DNA from: Marsupella aquatica
Lineage: Eukaryota > Plantae > Marchantiophyta
Assembly: GCA_973895155.1 (NCBI GenBank)
Contig: OZ316893.1
Coordinates: 2,374,330-2,438,329, forward strand
Length of the DNA: 64,000 bases
Direction: 5' to 3'
Shown here: positions 39,387 through 49,388 of the stretch, one piece after another
Numbering within the stretch: the first letter of the stretch is position 1
Layout: each line of letters begins with the position of its first letter
The notes under the pieces: generated by a model
Database searches by the model: none
Told to the model about the DNA's origin: nothing
The model's input: the letters and a program-made list of their open reading frames with translations, nothing else
Translations under genes and position numbers: made by a program

Positions 39387-39473
39387 GCTTCCAAGCAGGA
39401 TTCAAGCCACGGTGGAGTTATGCAGAGCAGTAATTCGAGTTAGCAAGCCAGGGAGATCGGTACCACAGGGAGA

Positions 39474-40007
39474 ATGTATTTGGAGCCGGGGCCACCTCTT
39501 GAGATTCGTGAGGTCTCGCCTCACAAGGGACGAGGGGTGTTCGCCGTGACAGCTCTGCCAGCCAAAACCCTCGTTCATGTCTCGCCCATTCTGCTCTTCC
39601 CCAATGACCAGTACCACGCGCACGGAAAGTTCACAGTTTTGGATCACTACACGTTTCGATGGCCCGGAGGCATGGCTCTGGCTCTCGGGCTGGGCTCCAT
39701 TTTTAACCACTCCCGAGAGCCTAATATTGGATTCATTCGGAATGTTATCGAAGGTGTGATTCGGTTTGTGACGCTCAGGGACGTTGAAGCTGGCGAGGAG
39801 CTTTGCATTTCGTACGGGAAGAGGTTGTGGTTCAAAGAGGAAGGTTGTAGTGGCAGCCAGGGTGCTCCAGAGGATGATGATGATGATGAACTAGAGACGG
39901 CCGAAGGGTTTTTGGGGAGGATAGGGTTGGTCGATGACTGTCATGACGACGAGCATGCTGCTGCTGTTCCTGAAGTTCATGGTGAAGGGAAAAAGGAAAC
40001 GGTTTGA
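39474..40007 (+). CDS. Intronless stand-alone SET-domain lysine methyltransferase (fungal Set7/bacterial SET-like)
   Basis: KGRGVFA, GLGSIFNHSREPN and GEELCISYG are SET motifs; acidic tail; no pre-SET, post-SET or reader domains. Confidence 0.9.
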   Translation: MYLEPGPPLEIREVSPHKGRGVFAVTALPAKTLVHVSPILLFPNDQYHAHGKFTVLDHYTFRWPGGMALALGLGSIFNHSREPNIGFIRNVIEGVIRFVTLRDVEAGEELCISYGKRLWFKEEGCSGSQGAPEDDDDDELETAEGFLGRIGLVDDCHDDEHAAAVPEVHGEGKKETV

Positions 40008-40123
40008 GGCAATGAAATGGTCCGGTTGGTCGATGACTGTCATGACCACGAGCATGCTGCTGCTGTTCCTGAAGTTCATGCTGAATGGAAATAGGGAAAC
40101 GGTGGGAGGCAATGAAATGGTCC
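39925..40123 (+). repeat. ~100-bp tandem duplication of the SET gene 3' end
   Basis: ggttggtcgatgactgtcatgac.acgagcatgctgctgctgttcctgaagttcatg...ggaaacgg...gaggcaatgaaatggtcc occurs twice (~39925 and ~40024). Confidence 0.9.
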
Positions 40124-40495
40124 ATTCCACCACGGCAACGAATCCGATCAGCTCGCAAAAAAGTGCAATGTCAGGGACAGCTCGGCTGGTCAAACCAGAG
40201 TGCTTGCGAACATTGATTGGCGGCCGTCAGCTCATGAGTAAGATTTATGCTGGTATCAAGTCTCTAGACTGGCGGTCTTGAATGAGTTAAGCACAACCCA
40301 TGCATAAGCGGATCTCGCAAGTGCATATATACACGAAACGGCTCAGCTGAGTAATGGAACAGATGATGAGTGTAAAATTCAATTATGAGATTTCTCAAAG
40401 TTAATTTTCGTGGAGTGTGACAAGATAAATTGTACTACTCCCTACGAGTAGTACGCTAAGCTACCAGAAAGGATGAGTCCGTAAAGAGAAGGCCA

Positions 40496-43400
40496 TCACC
40501 GAGGGAAAAGTTTATCAAGGTGATCATTAGATAAAATGTTATTGGGATCAAGCTCCGAGCGGAATCTGTTGAATTCTTCAACAGGGAAACGTTTTCTTAG
40601 CCTCTCCTGAAACGAAAGCAACGTTTCCTCGTCTTCTGGAACCTGCATTAGATGGAAGATATGGGATATTTCAGTACCTAGCTTCATGTCTCGTCTTGCT
40701 TACAATGACCAACTAGAAGAATATAAGGAACTTACATCTACAACGAGTAGAAAGCCAATGGGACGCCAGTAAAAGTTACCTCAATCTTTGCCCAGTGCTC
40801 AAATGCATTGTATCGGTCCCAAAGTTGTCTTCGTGTGGCATCTCGGTAATCAAAAAATGACTGTGTAATGGTTGCTCTTTGCCCTTCATCTGTTGTTGGC
40901 AGATACATGATAATGCCAACCTGAAAAAGGCCCTATAATGTGTTATTGACTGGAATCCATTTCGTAAAGTCACACTACAGAGCTAGATTTCATAGCAATT
41001 TGCCCCGATTTGGCCAAGAGTACTCGCATTGTGGGTCTCAGAACTGGCAATGGTCAGCTGAGAGATGAACATGGTGAACTTGTGCAAAAACGACAGGTGA
41101 CTCTCAAATGGAACTCCCTGCGCTAAGTGGCTCTTCTAACTGAGCTTCCAAAACGCTAAAACAAACGCCCCATCTAGGGTCACACCCACAACATACTTAC
41201 AACTAAACAATAATCTGGTGGCCATATGATATAACTACAACAGTGCAGATCACTGAACGCTTAGACCCTTCAGTCTTTGTTTTGTCCATAGGCTTTGAAG
41301 AGCCATTCCACACTGAGCCATTCCACCCTATCCAATATCACCATAGCTTTTTACAAGAAACTCGAATTCATGTACCTCCTTTCACAATTTGACAACTGTC
41401 AAAGAGTATCCAGAAACCAGAGAAGCATGTAGCTACTCATGAACCTTGAAAGTCTAGGTGCTACTGCAGTATCCTGTTCCTGGGAAAAAGAGTCCTTACA
41501 TATGTATGAAGAGTATCAGGGGAGGATGAAGACGCCAGATTTAGGGGGCTTTGGCTCCGTGCTGACCATCGCTGCTCAATTGGAGCTGGAGCTGGAATTC
41601 CTTCGTCTTTTATCAGCTTGCAAACTTCCTCCAAATACTTCAAATCTTTCATGTCAGGTCTGTTGAGTGTACCAGCAGGGAATGAAACTTCAGCAACCCA
41701 TTGCTGCCCCCCGCAATCGAAACCCAAAATTTCTTCACTCCACCCTGTTCTATATCCTTCACTTCGTCTCCAATACTCTGCCTCTGCCTTGTTGACTTTT
41801 ATGATGTGTCCTCGATTAAGAGGATCCACAGATATCAAAACGTCTCGTAGCTCGGTGAAGGAAAGCTCAGATAATTGTTCATCAGTGAGCAATTTTGCCT
41901 CTTCACCTCCCTCATCTCCACCAGCCGAAGTGCCGGACCACATCCCTTCTTTGCCACTTAGCTTTTTGCCTGCACTGCCTGATTCAGGTACATTGTGCAG
42001 TCTGCATAGCATGTCACAAATCATTTCCACCCAACACTCATTAGCTAAAAACTAAAATGATTTATTTATTGCAATGGTTGTTAAGACCACATTTTCTTAA
42101 CACTACACGGACGGGGAACAGCTGGATTTCGAAATGCACCCGATTTTACCCTCTTATCTTCAGATTTTTAATTATCCTCTACTGTAACCTAGGGGAAGAT
42201 CAAATATAAGTACGACGCACCCTTTCTTAGCTGCAACTTCTTTGTACAGGGCGCGCACAGGCCTAAGCTTCTCATCAGCGCTAAGTTGTTTCACCTTTGG
42301 TGCCTCCTTCCCCTCCGGCAGGGGATTGCATTGGACCACCACCACACTATCAGTGTCAGGTATCCACAGGTATCGAAGGTGCTTGTACTGATTCAGCCAT
42401 TTCCTGCATTTCATCTGATTTCTCAGTACTCAAATACAATGAACCGGGCAGCAGTGTTCCAAACTCATCAATCCAGTTCCTGTACGTGCAGCAAGACATT
42501 TGCAGCCAAGTTGGACGAGCTCCATAAGTCAAGATGGTCCAGCTTTAACAACAAATTCTGCGGAGTGGCACCCTCTACAAGCAGTACCCTAATATCTTTC
42601 CGAGGTTTCGGATAAGTCAGACTGAATTAAGAACAGTACTTGTGATTCTTTTGCACACCCTTCAAATTTGTCACAAATGTGTACTCAAGGAGGCGATGCC
42701 TAGGCACGCATTGGAGAGTCACTTCTGCCACAACCCCAAGTCCGCCGAGACCACAACGAGCAAAGTAGAACAACTCTGGATCCGATTCTGGAGAAAGATC
42801 TAACGTCCCCTTTCCTGGAGTTACCAATTTGACTCCCACGACTTGCTCATCAACAGGAGGCAATTTTGCTCCACTGCCATGCGCACCAACCTGCATTCCG
42901 CACGGCTAAATTGCTCACTTGACTTCGTTGATTATTCGTCAGTACTAGTGCCTGATCCCCTGAACACGGGTCCGGTCCATCCGGCCCAAAGAAACAGAGC
43001 AAAAAAGTTCCTTGACAAATTCTACATTTATATATGATTGAGTCGCAGTACACTTTTCAAATACAGAAAAGATATCCTGGTTTCTCGTACGGTGGACACG
43101 CTCACTTACTACCAATGTCTATGTTCCTTAACTCGATGGCAACTGACAATGGCTACAAACTACCTTGGACGAAAGAAAAACAGGAATTAAACAAAGAGAC
43201 TATCAGCAAAAAAATTCAACTCAGAGATGAGCTATTAAAATAAAGATAGCAAACAAACAAACTATGAGCAAAGAAAATTCAGGTCGGTAGGGGAAAAACC
43301 TGTATGAAGCCGCCGATCTGCTGCTCCTTGATGGATGCAAAATTCTGCAACGTGAGGCCATAGGGTTTCAATTCCTCAACAACTTGCTCCACCCTGGCGC

Positions 43401-44052
43401 CCGCCTGGACTGTCACTCTTCCCGTCTCCTTATCAACGTTCAGAATATTGTCCATCAAGGCTAAGTTCACCATCCCTTCACTACAGAGTCCAATGCCATT
43501 GGGTGACAGGCCGGACCCAACAGGCCTTATTTTCTGCTTGTGGTCATGAGCGATTTTGACCACTCTTTCAAGCTCATCCAAAGACTCCGGTTGGATGTAA
43601 ACGTTGCTTTTGACTTCATGAGTGTTGCTCCAGTTTGATATGGTGTGCACTTCTTCCGGGGTTTCAAGGACGGGTGCCTTCTGCGATCTTGGATAGAAGT
43701 AGTATGTGGCAACCCCTGATCCGACCATCAAAGCCCCAAAAGCGACCGACCGGCCCAAAGGCGAAGAGGAATTGGACGAAACCGCTCGAGCAGAGGTTGT
43801 GGCATACGCTCGGTAGCAGAATCCAGGATGGGTCTGGCAAGAAGATGCGTTGTACGAGGAAAGAACAAATCGACTGCTTTGGTGAAACCCTCTCTCCGCT
43901 CCTCCTCCTGCATTATTACAGCTCGGTCCAGAAATTTGTGAAGCTCTCCCCAAACCTTCGTTCGGATGCCTGATGATGAAAGAAGATCTCTTCTTGGAAA
44001 GCAGAGTGCCCAAACTGGAGTTTGAAAGCAGAATCCTCCTGAATCTTGTCAT
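40496..44052 (-). CDS. GLDH: L-galactono-1,4-lactone dehydrogenase, mitochondrial; exons 44052-43300, 42890-42640, 42403-42221, 42001-41500, 40920-40780, 40642-40496
   Basis: Mitochondrial-type presequence; HTISNWSNTHEV, RPVGSGLSPNG, QNFASIKEQQIGGFIQVGAHGSGA, ILGFDCGGQQWV, APAPIEQRW, VGIIMYLP, EHWAKIEVP, ELDPNNILSN. Canonical splice sites. Confidence 0.96.
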
Positions 44053-44662
44053 CTTGGACCAATTCGGCGTCCAACTGTGGTCTGCTCAACAGACTCCGGG
44101 TCTGGGATCTCAGCTCAGCTCAGCTCAGCTCAGCTCAGTTGCAAAGCCATCAAATCTCCAGGGCCTCCACAAGCCTGGTGAGAAATAATGGCCCGTCCAT
44201 CCACCTGCAACTTTGCAGTGCATAACGAGGAGGGTCCAACCGCAAAACAACAATTTGATTGAGAGACACTTCTCTCCTCCCGGCGTCGATCTTGCCCAAA
44301 CCTTCTGCACCACTGCATGCGGATGAAAACCACACTAGTGCACAGTTCTATGCCAAGGGTTGCCCTGCTCTTGAAAATTCTCAGAGCTCTCTCAGACTGC
44401 AGCTTTCATCGAGAAATTGAGATGGTCGAGAGAAAGAATCCACTCATCACTGTGGATGGAGTATGGGGTGGATGGGTTTCTTCAATCCAGTGACGAATAC
44501 CAATACGAAAACGCTCTTCTAATTGTTGGAGTTTGTGTGGCAACTAGAGGGGGCTGTTTAGGAGACGAAGGTTGCCTTTTGGGTTACACTTGTTAGGCCC
44601 CTTTTTTTGCCTTGAAAATATGTTAGGCCCCTTTTGCTTGAGTAAATAAGAGCATTCACTTA

Positions 44663-45511
44663 TCTATCTCTATAATATGATATCCTACCAAAAGGTGGGG
44701 TGTTGTCTGCATACAAACCAAGCAAAAGGTGGAATGGTATTGAGCCGCCTAATTTATCACATTGTTTTTGGTTATCATTGATCTCTTGAAAATGAGTTTG
44801 CAACATTTTAGGGAAAGTGGGGTAAAATAAAGTTCAATCAGAAAGGGAACTATTTTGTTCCGCAATCCCCACTCGCCAACTTCTATGCTGACCATTTTTT
44901 TTTGCGTTGACCCAGCTTTTGCTTGCCCTCCCCATCTGTATATTTGTTATTTTCTCTATCAACAACATGGACGCAAATGCAACACTTCAATCACAACAAC
45001 TTCCAAAATGATCACACTTCCATGCAACATATGCACAACACAACTTCTACTTAACAAAGACTTTCACTCAATCAACAACTCTTTTCTTGGCAATTGTTTT
45101 GATTGACAACACTATTTACACTATTTAATCTACTATTAAGTCTTATTCTTTCCACATTCAACCACTTGTACACTTTCCCTTCAATAACACTTCCATTTTG
45201 AAACATTTCCATCTTGAGAATGTTTTCTCTCAACAATACTTTCTCTCAACTTATTTGAGCATGGCTTACTTCCTGCATTTTCTCACCTCAACATCTTTTT
45301 CTCGATCTCATATTTGGACCTTTTGCTCTCATCTATATCTTTTGCTCTAATTGGTATCTTTTGCTCTCATCAACATCTTTTTTTCTCGTCAACATCTTTT
45401 CTCTCATCAAAATTGACATTTTTTTCACCTTGACATTTTTTTTCTCAGTTAGAGATCTTTTTCTCTCAACAATTTCCTCGCCCTCGACACAACGCACAGG
45501 CATCGGGCTGG
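44663..45511 (+). mobile_element. Non-autonomous Helitron-like element (~850 bp)
   Basis: A|TCtatctctataatat 5' end and acacaacgcacaggcatcggg-CTGG|T 3' end (AT target, CTRR terminus). Internal ctcaacatctttttctc repeats resemble the 17385-18771 copy. Confidence 0.7.
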
Positions 45512-46204
45512 TTTGACTATATTAGGTTTCTTAAAAAGATATTTCCAAGCAGTTTCTAGCTAATCAATTAAAAAAAGATACCTTTAAATATGCACGGAGT
45601 TAGTAATTGTCAAAGTTGGCTTCTAAACAACTCCCGGAAGAGTGAAGTGTGGAAATGGAGTGAGAGATAGAGTGACTTTCAAAAATTCATAAGTGTCTCA
45701 AATAGTCATGAAAGCTAGAGCTATTAGATTTGTTAGAAAGGGAGATGTTCAAGGTCGAACTTTGCAGTTGAAAACCTTTTTTGGGAAATGGGAAAATGTC
45801 AACACGTGAAGGTGTAAAAAGGGATCAGTGTCCATGAGGGTTGCATGGGTTCATTGGCTCGGTCCATAGAGGAGCATCACTTTCGCAGTAGCTGCTTAAA
45901 TCCACCAGAGGCCATAGCTGAAAACTGCATGGTAGTGGCTGACAATTGTTCGAGTCACCACAACTCCACAACCCAGAGCAGATCCGCTCTTGAAATTCGT
46001 CGAGGGTTGATTGGTGATCAGGATCACGCAAAATGATTGCTCCTTGAATCGAGCAAATCACTCGAACTTCTGGGGGTAGCAGATTATACCCCATATCCTT
46101 CACTCTCTGAACCTCAATCCTAGTGGGTGATGGATTATTAGGTCCGCAAGGAGTTTTCTGTGAGGATAATCTTGAAAGGAGATAGTCAGAATTAACATAG
46201 TCAA

Positions 46205-47638
46205 ATGCTTGGAGGTGGAGAGGAGCAAACGGAGTAGAAGCCCAGGGTGAGCGAGAGCGAAAGGGAGGAGGAGGAGGTCGTGAATGCGGAGAGGAGACAA
46301 ACAGCGCTGCAGAAGTATGTAGCTCTTCGAGTTCAATTTTTCCCGGAAGTGCCAGAGATTTCTGGTGAGGAGTTGCTGCAGCTTGTGGAGCAGGGTGCCA
46401 TTGGAAAGTCGACGGTTCTGGTGGATTGTCGTTCGGATGCGGAGCGCAAGGTTTCCTCCTTGACCTCGACTCACTGTCTGTCTTTTGATGTGTTGTGTCC
46501 ATAACAAATTCGATCCTTGAACTGGCGGAACTGTTGTCATACGAGGTGAACGGAATTCAGACAAGCCCGTATACAAGTGATAACAGCATTCCTCAGACCT
46601 GGAACTCAAGAATAATCCCGGTTGTGCCACGAGGAATCCTGAATGTATAGATGAGAAGGTGAAGTTTTGGTCCCAAATTCTAGGTCTAAACTAGTTGCTA
46701 AATTACCTCAGAATAAATCGTTCAAATTCATCCTGTAAAACTCCTGGGAGGACTCCACTCTGCATGACTGTTCTTATGAAGTTAGCATTATCCTCCAATA
46801 GATTGGTCAAGCTAATGTACGTTTGGTTGTCTTATTATGTACCCATTTGCTGCCCTCTTGAAAACGTTTCAACCGTGCTGCCCTCTTGTTGGATACAGAA
46901 AATTAATTATCTTTGACTTCACCACACTCCTGCAAACGTGCTGCAGTTGGCTTTTTTCCTTCAGAGCCTTTAGACTATATTATTATGATAAATACTAAAG
47001 ATAGGGACCAGATGTTAGAACCCTGTGTTGCAATGGAAGTGACGATGTATTAGTGCTCATTTTGGTTATTTGAGCGTTGCGTTGCTCTGTAGGTCTCTAT
47101 TTACAACGGTGCAATACCTAAAGCAGAATTCGAGTCAAATGCTGAAAAGTACAAGAATAAGGAGATCATTGTTTACTGGTAAGGCCCACTCACGCCCATT
47201 GGAGTGGCCCATCGTCATTCATTGGTTGTCATTTCCCTTTTATAATCTGAATCGAAGCGGGTACCATGTGGTCATGCAATGTGTACTCGTGGTCACCTTG
47301 TACTAGATTTTCAGTGTGGTCCTAATTAGCTTTATCACACTTCCTTGCCCTAGCTTACCCCCAAAATCGACAGGCTCTGACAATGTTTTCGTTTTCTTGT
47401 GTCAACCATATTCAGTGCCATTGGCAGGTGGTCAGGACTATTTGCCAAGGACCTACTGGTGAAGTTTCCAGACATCAAGGTGCGCAATCATGCAGGCAGT
47501 GTTGTGGACTGGACCCATGTAGGTGGGCCATTTGTGGATGAGACCACTGGTGCTCCCACTCTCCAAGTAGATCCCAACACTACTTGGATTCCTTATCTTC
47601 CAATCGGCAAGGGCCGTCAAGTCTATGGTGCCCGCTGA
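46205..47638 (+). pseudogene. Duplicated rhodanese gene copy, probably disabled; exons 46205-46450, 47093-47178, 47416-47638
   Basis: VPEISGEELLQL...VLVDCRSDAERK|VSIYNGAI...IIVYC|AIGRWSG. There is an in-frame TAG at codon 11 (46235-46237), and CGG>TGG (R>W) in the CxxGxRS loop relative to the copy at 615-837. Confidence 0.8.
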
Positions 47639-48053
47639 ATCACTCGAGCGGTGATTTCATTTTTATTTTTCCGGGGCTCACAACTGGTTTGTGGTGAAGT
47701 TTCTCCACGTCTGTAAATGAAGCTCTGACTCATCACAGCAGTCGTTTCCAGTGAGGTCTGTTCCAACTATTCATCCTTTCACAAGAATGTTATGCCCCGG
47801 TTTTCAGCACTGGAAGAAGATGGGAACATTCCTGATCTCGAGCGAACTTGCTGATTCTTGCAGTTTGGTTCGTTTGTCTCCTTCATCCCCTCCATGAATG
47901 CTCCTTGCATCGAGCAAATCACAAATCCTGTCTTTGACCTTAGATGAAGCTTTATGTGCAGATTCATCAGTGCAGTGTGGACGGCCTTAGACGTTCCCGC
48001 AGATTGACCGAAGGCAAGCAAACAGCGTTAGGGAGGCAGTGGAGCAGGAAGCC

Positions 48054-49388
48054 ATGAGCCTCTGTGGCTTGTTGTTTCCAGGAGGGCACAGCCGGACAGC
48101 TCTCCTCCTCGAGTCCAGCAGTAGATGCCCACTTCTGGAGCAGAATCGCTGGAGGTTACAGAAATCGTCACATACTTCTGAAAGGAGGTCTTTGAAATCT
48201 CAAGTAGGGCTCTGGTCGTCTCGTAGGAGCAGCAACCATCTTGTGTGTTTGTACGATGCTGGTCCGCGGAGCAGTGGGAGCAGTGAGAGAGGAAGGCAGA
48301 AGAGAGAGGACGGGATTGTTCCTGAGATTGTGGAGGAGTACGAGGAGGTGACAGTGCCCAGACGAACAGTGGCCGTATTCTGGGATCTGGACAACAAGCC
48401 TCCCAACCGGGTCCCTGCCTATGACGCCGCCCTGAGGTTGAAGAGGCTGGCAGGGGAATTCGGCGAGGTGGTGGATATGGTCGCGTATGCCAATCAGAAT
48501 GCGTTCAATTTTGTCCCGGCTAGGGTTAGAGAGGAGAGACAGGACAGGCGAATGCTGGACCAGCTTGAGAAGAATGGGATTGTGAAGGTCGAACAGCCCT
48601 ACATTTGCAGCATGTGTGGTCGGAAGAGTAGGACGAATGTTGACCTGAAGAGGCACTTCAAGCAGCTTCATGAGAGGGAGAGGAACAAGCGTTTGGCTTA
48701 TTTGGGGCAGCTCAAAGGCAAGAAACGGACGAAGTACTTGCAAAAAGTGGCACCGAAGGAATCCAAATATAAGGAAGCTGCCAGAACTGTGTTGGTGTCC
48801 AAAGTGGGATATGGGTTGGCATCTGATCTCAAGAGGGCTGGAGTGGCTGTCAGAACGGTGGAGAAAAAGCCTCAGGCTGCGGATGAGGCTCTCATGAGGC
48901 ACATGAATTTGTACATCAACCGGGGAATTGAGGTCATCTGTTTGGTTTCAGATGATTCAGATTTCCTACAAATTTTGAAGCTTGCTAAGAGCAAGCATGT
49001 TTGGACTATTGTGGTTGGAGATACTGGAACTTTGAAGGGAGCTGCACATAGTAGCTTTTCCTGGGACGATGTCGCTTCCGGCAGGTCTTTAGTAACTGCA
49101 CCACATGAGAGAGTCCAGAGATGGTCTAACGAGGACGCATCAAGGGCGGAGCTCCAGGACGATGAGGAGTTCGAAGATAATTCGCACGAAGCTTTCTCTG
49201 AATCTGATGAAGAAGAGTTCTTGGACTTTCAAAATAGTCTTCGGAGTTCTGTTCAGCTCTCTCCTTTTGCAGATGACGAGGATGGGTATCGTTCTGATGA
49301 AGATGAAGATGAAGATGAAGATGATGAGGACGAAGATGACGAAATGTTTGGTGGTTGGGATAGGAAGGCAGAAGAGGCAGGTCGGTGA
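48054..49388 (+). CDS. NYN-domain (PIN-like) protein with an inserted C2H2 zinc finger; probably plastid-targeted; intronless
   Basis: VAVFWDLDNKPP (NYN start), CSMCGRK...LKRHFKQLH (C2H2), KPQAAD and CLVSDDSDF...VVGD (NYN end). Ser/Arg-rich N-terminus and acidic tail; first ATG at 48054. Confidence 0.9.
   Translation: MSLCGLLFPGGHSRTALLLESSSRCPLLEQNRWRLQKSSHTSERRSLKSQVGLWSSRRSSNHLVCLYDAGPRSSGSSERGRQKREDGIVPEIVEEYEEVTVPRRTVAVFWDLDNKPPNRVPAYDAALRLKRLAGEFGEVVDMVAYANQNAFNFVPARVREERQDRRMLDQLEKNGIVKVEQPYICSMCGRKSRTNVDLKRHFKQLHERERNKRLAYLGQLKGKKRTKYLQKVAPKESKYKEAARTVLVSKVGYGLASDLKRAGVAVRTVEKKPQAADEALMRHMNLYINRGIEVICLVSDDSDFLQILKLAKSKHVWTIVVGDTGTLKGAAHSSFSWDDVASGRSLVTAPHERVQRWSNEDASRAELQDDEEFEDNSHEAFSESDEEEFLDFQNSLRSSVQLSPFADDEDGYRSDEDEDEDEDDEDEDDEMFGGWDRKAEEAGR

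Noticed and set aside
38160-39390. Tandem arrays considered as a CRISPR-like locus
   Set aside because: Eukaryotic context; whole units repeat without unique spacers; no cas genes.
39420-46237. In-frame TAG shortly after an ATG in both the SET and rhodanese loci, considered as stop-codon readthrough or recoding
   Set aside because: TAG is used as a normal stop at 11364-11366. A uORF and a nonsense mutation explain the two cases more simply.
45825-46630. Minus-strand ORFs of 225 and 176 aa
   Set aside because: Antisense to rhodanese exon 1; the longer one crosses the insertion junction; no recognisable motifs.
48168-48902. 244-aa minus-strand ORF
   Set aside because: Antisense shadow of the NYN gene.
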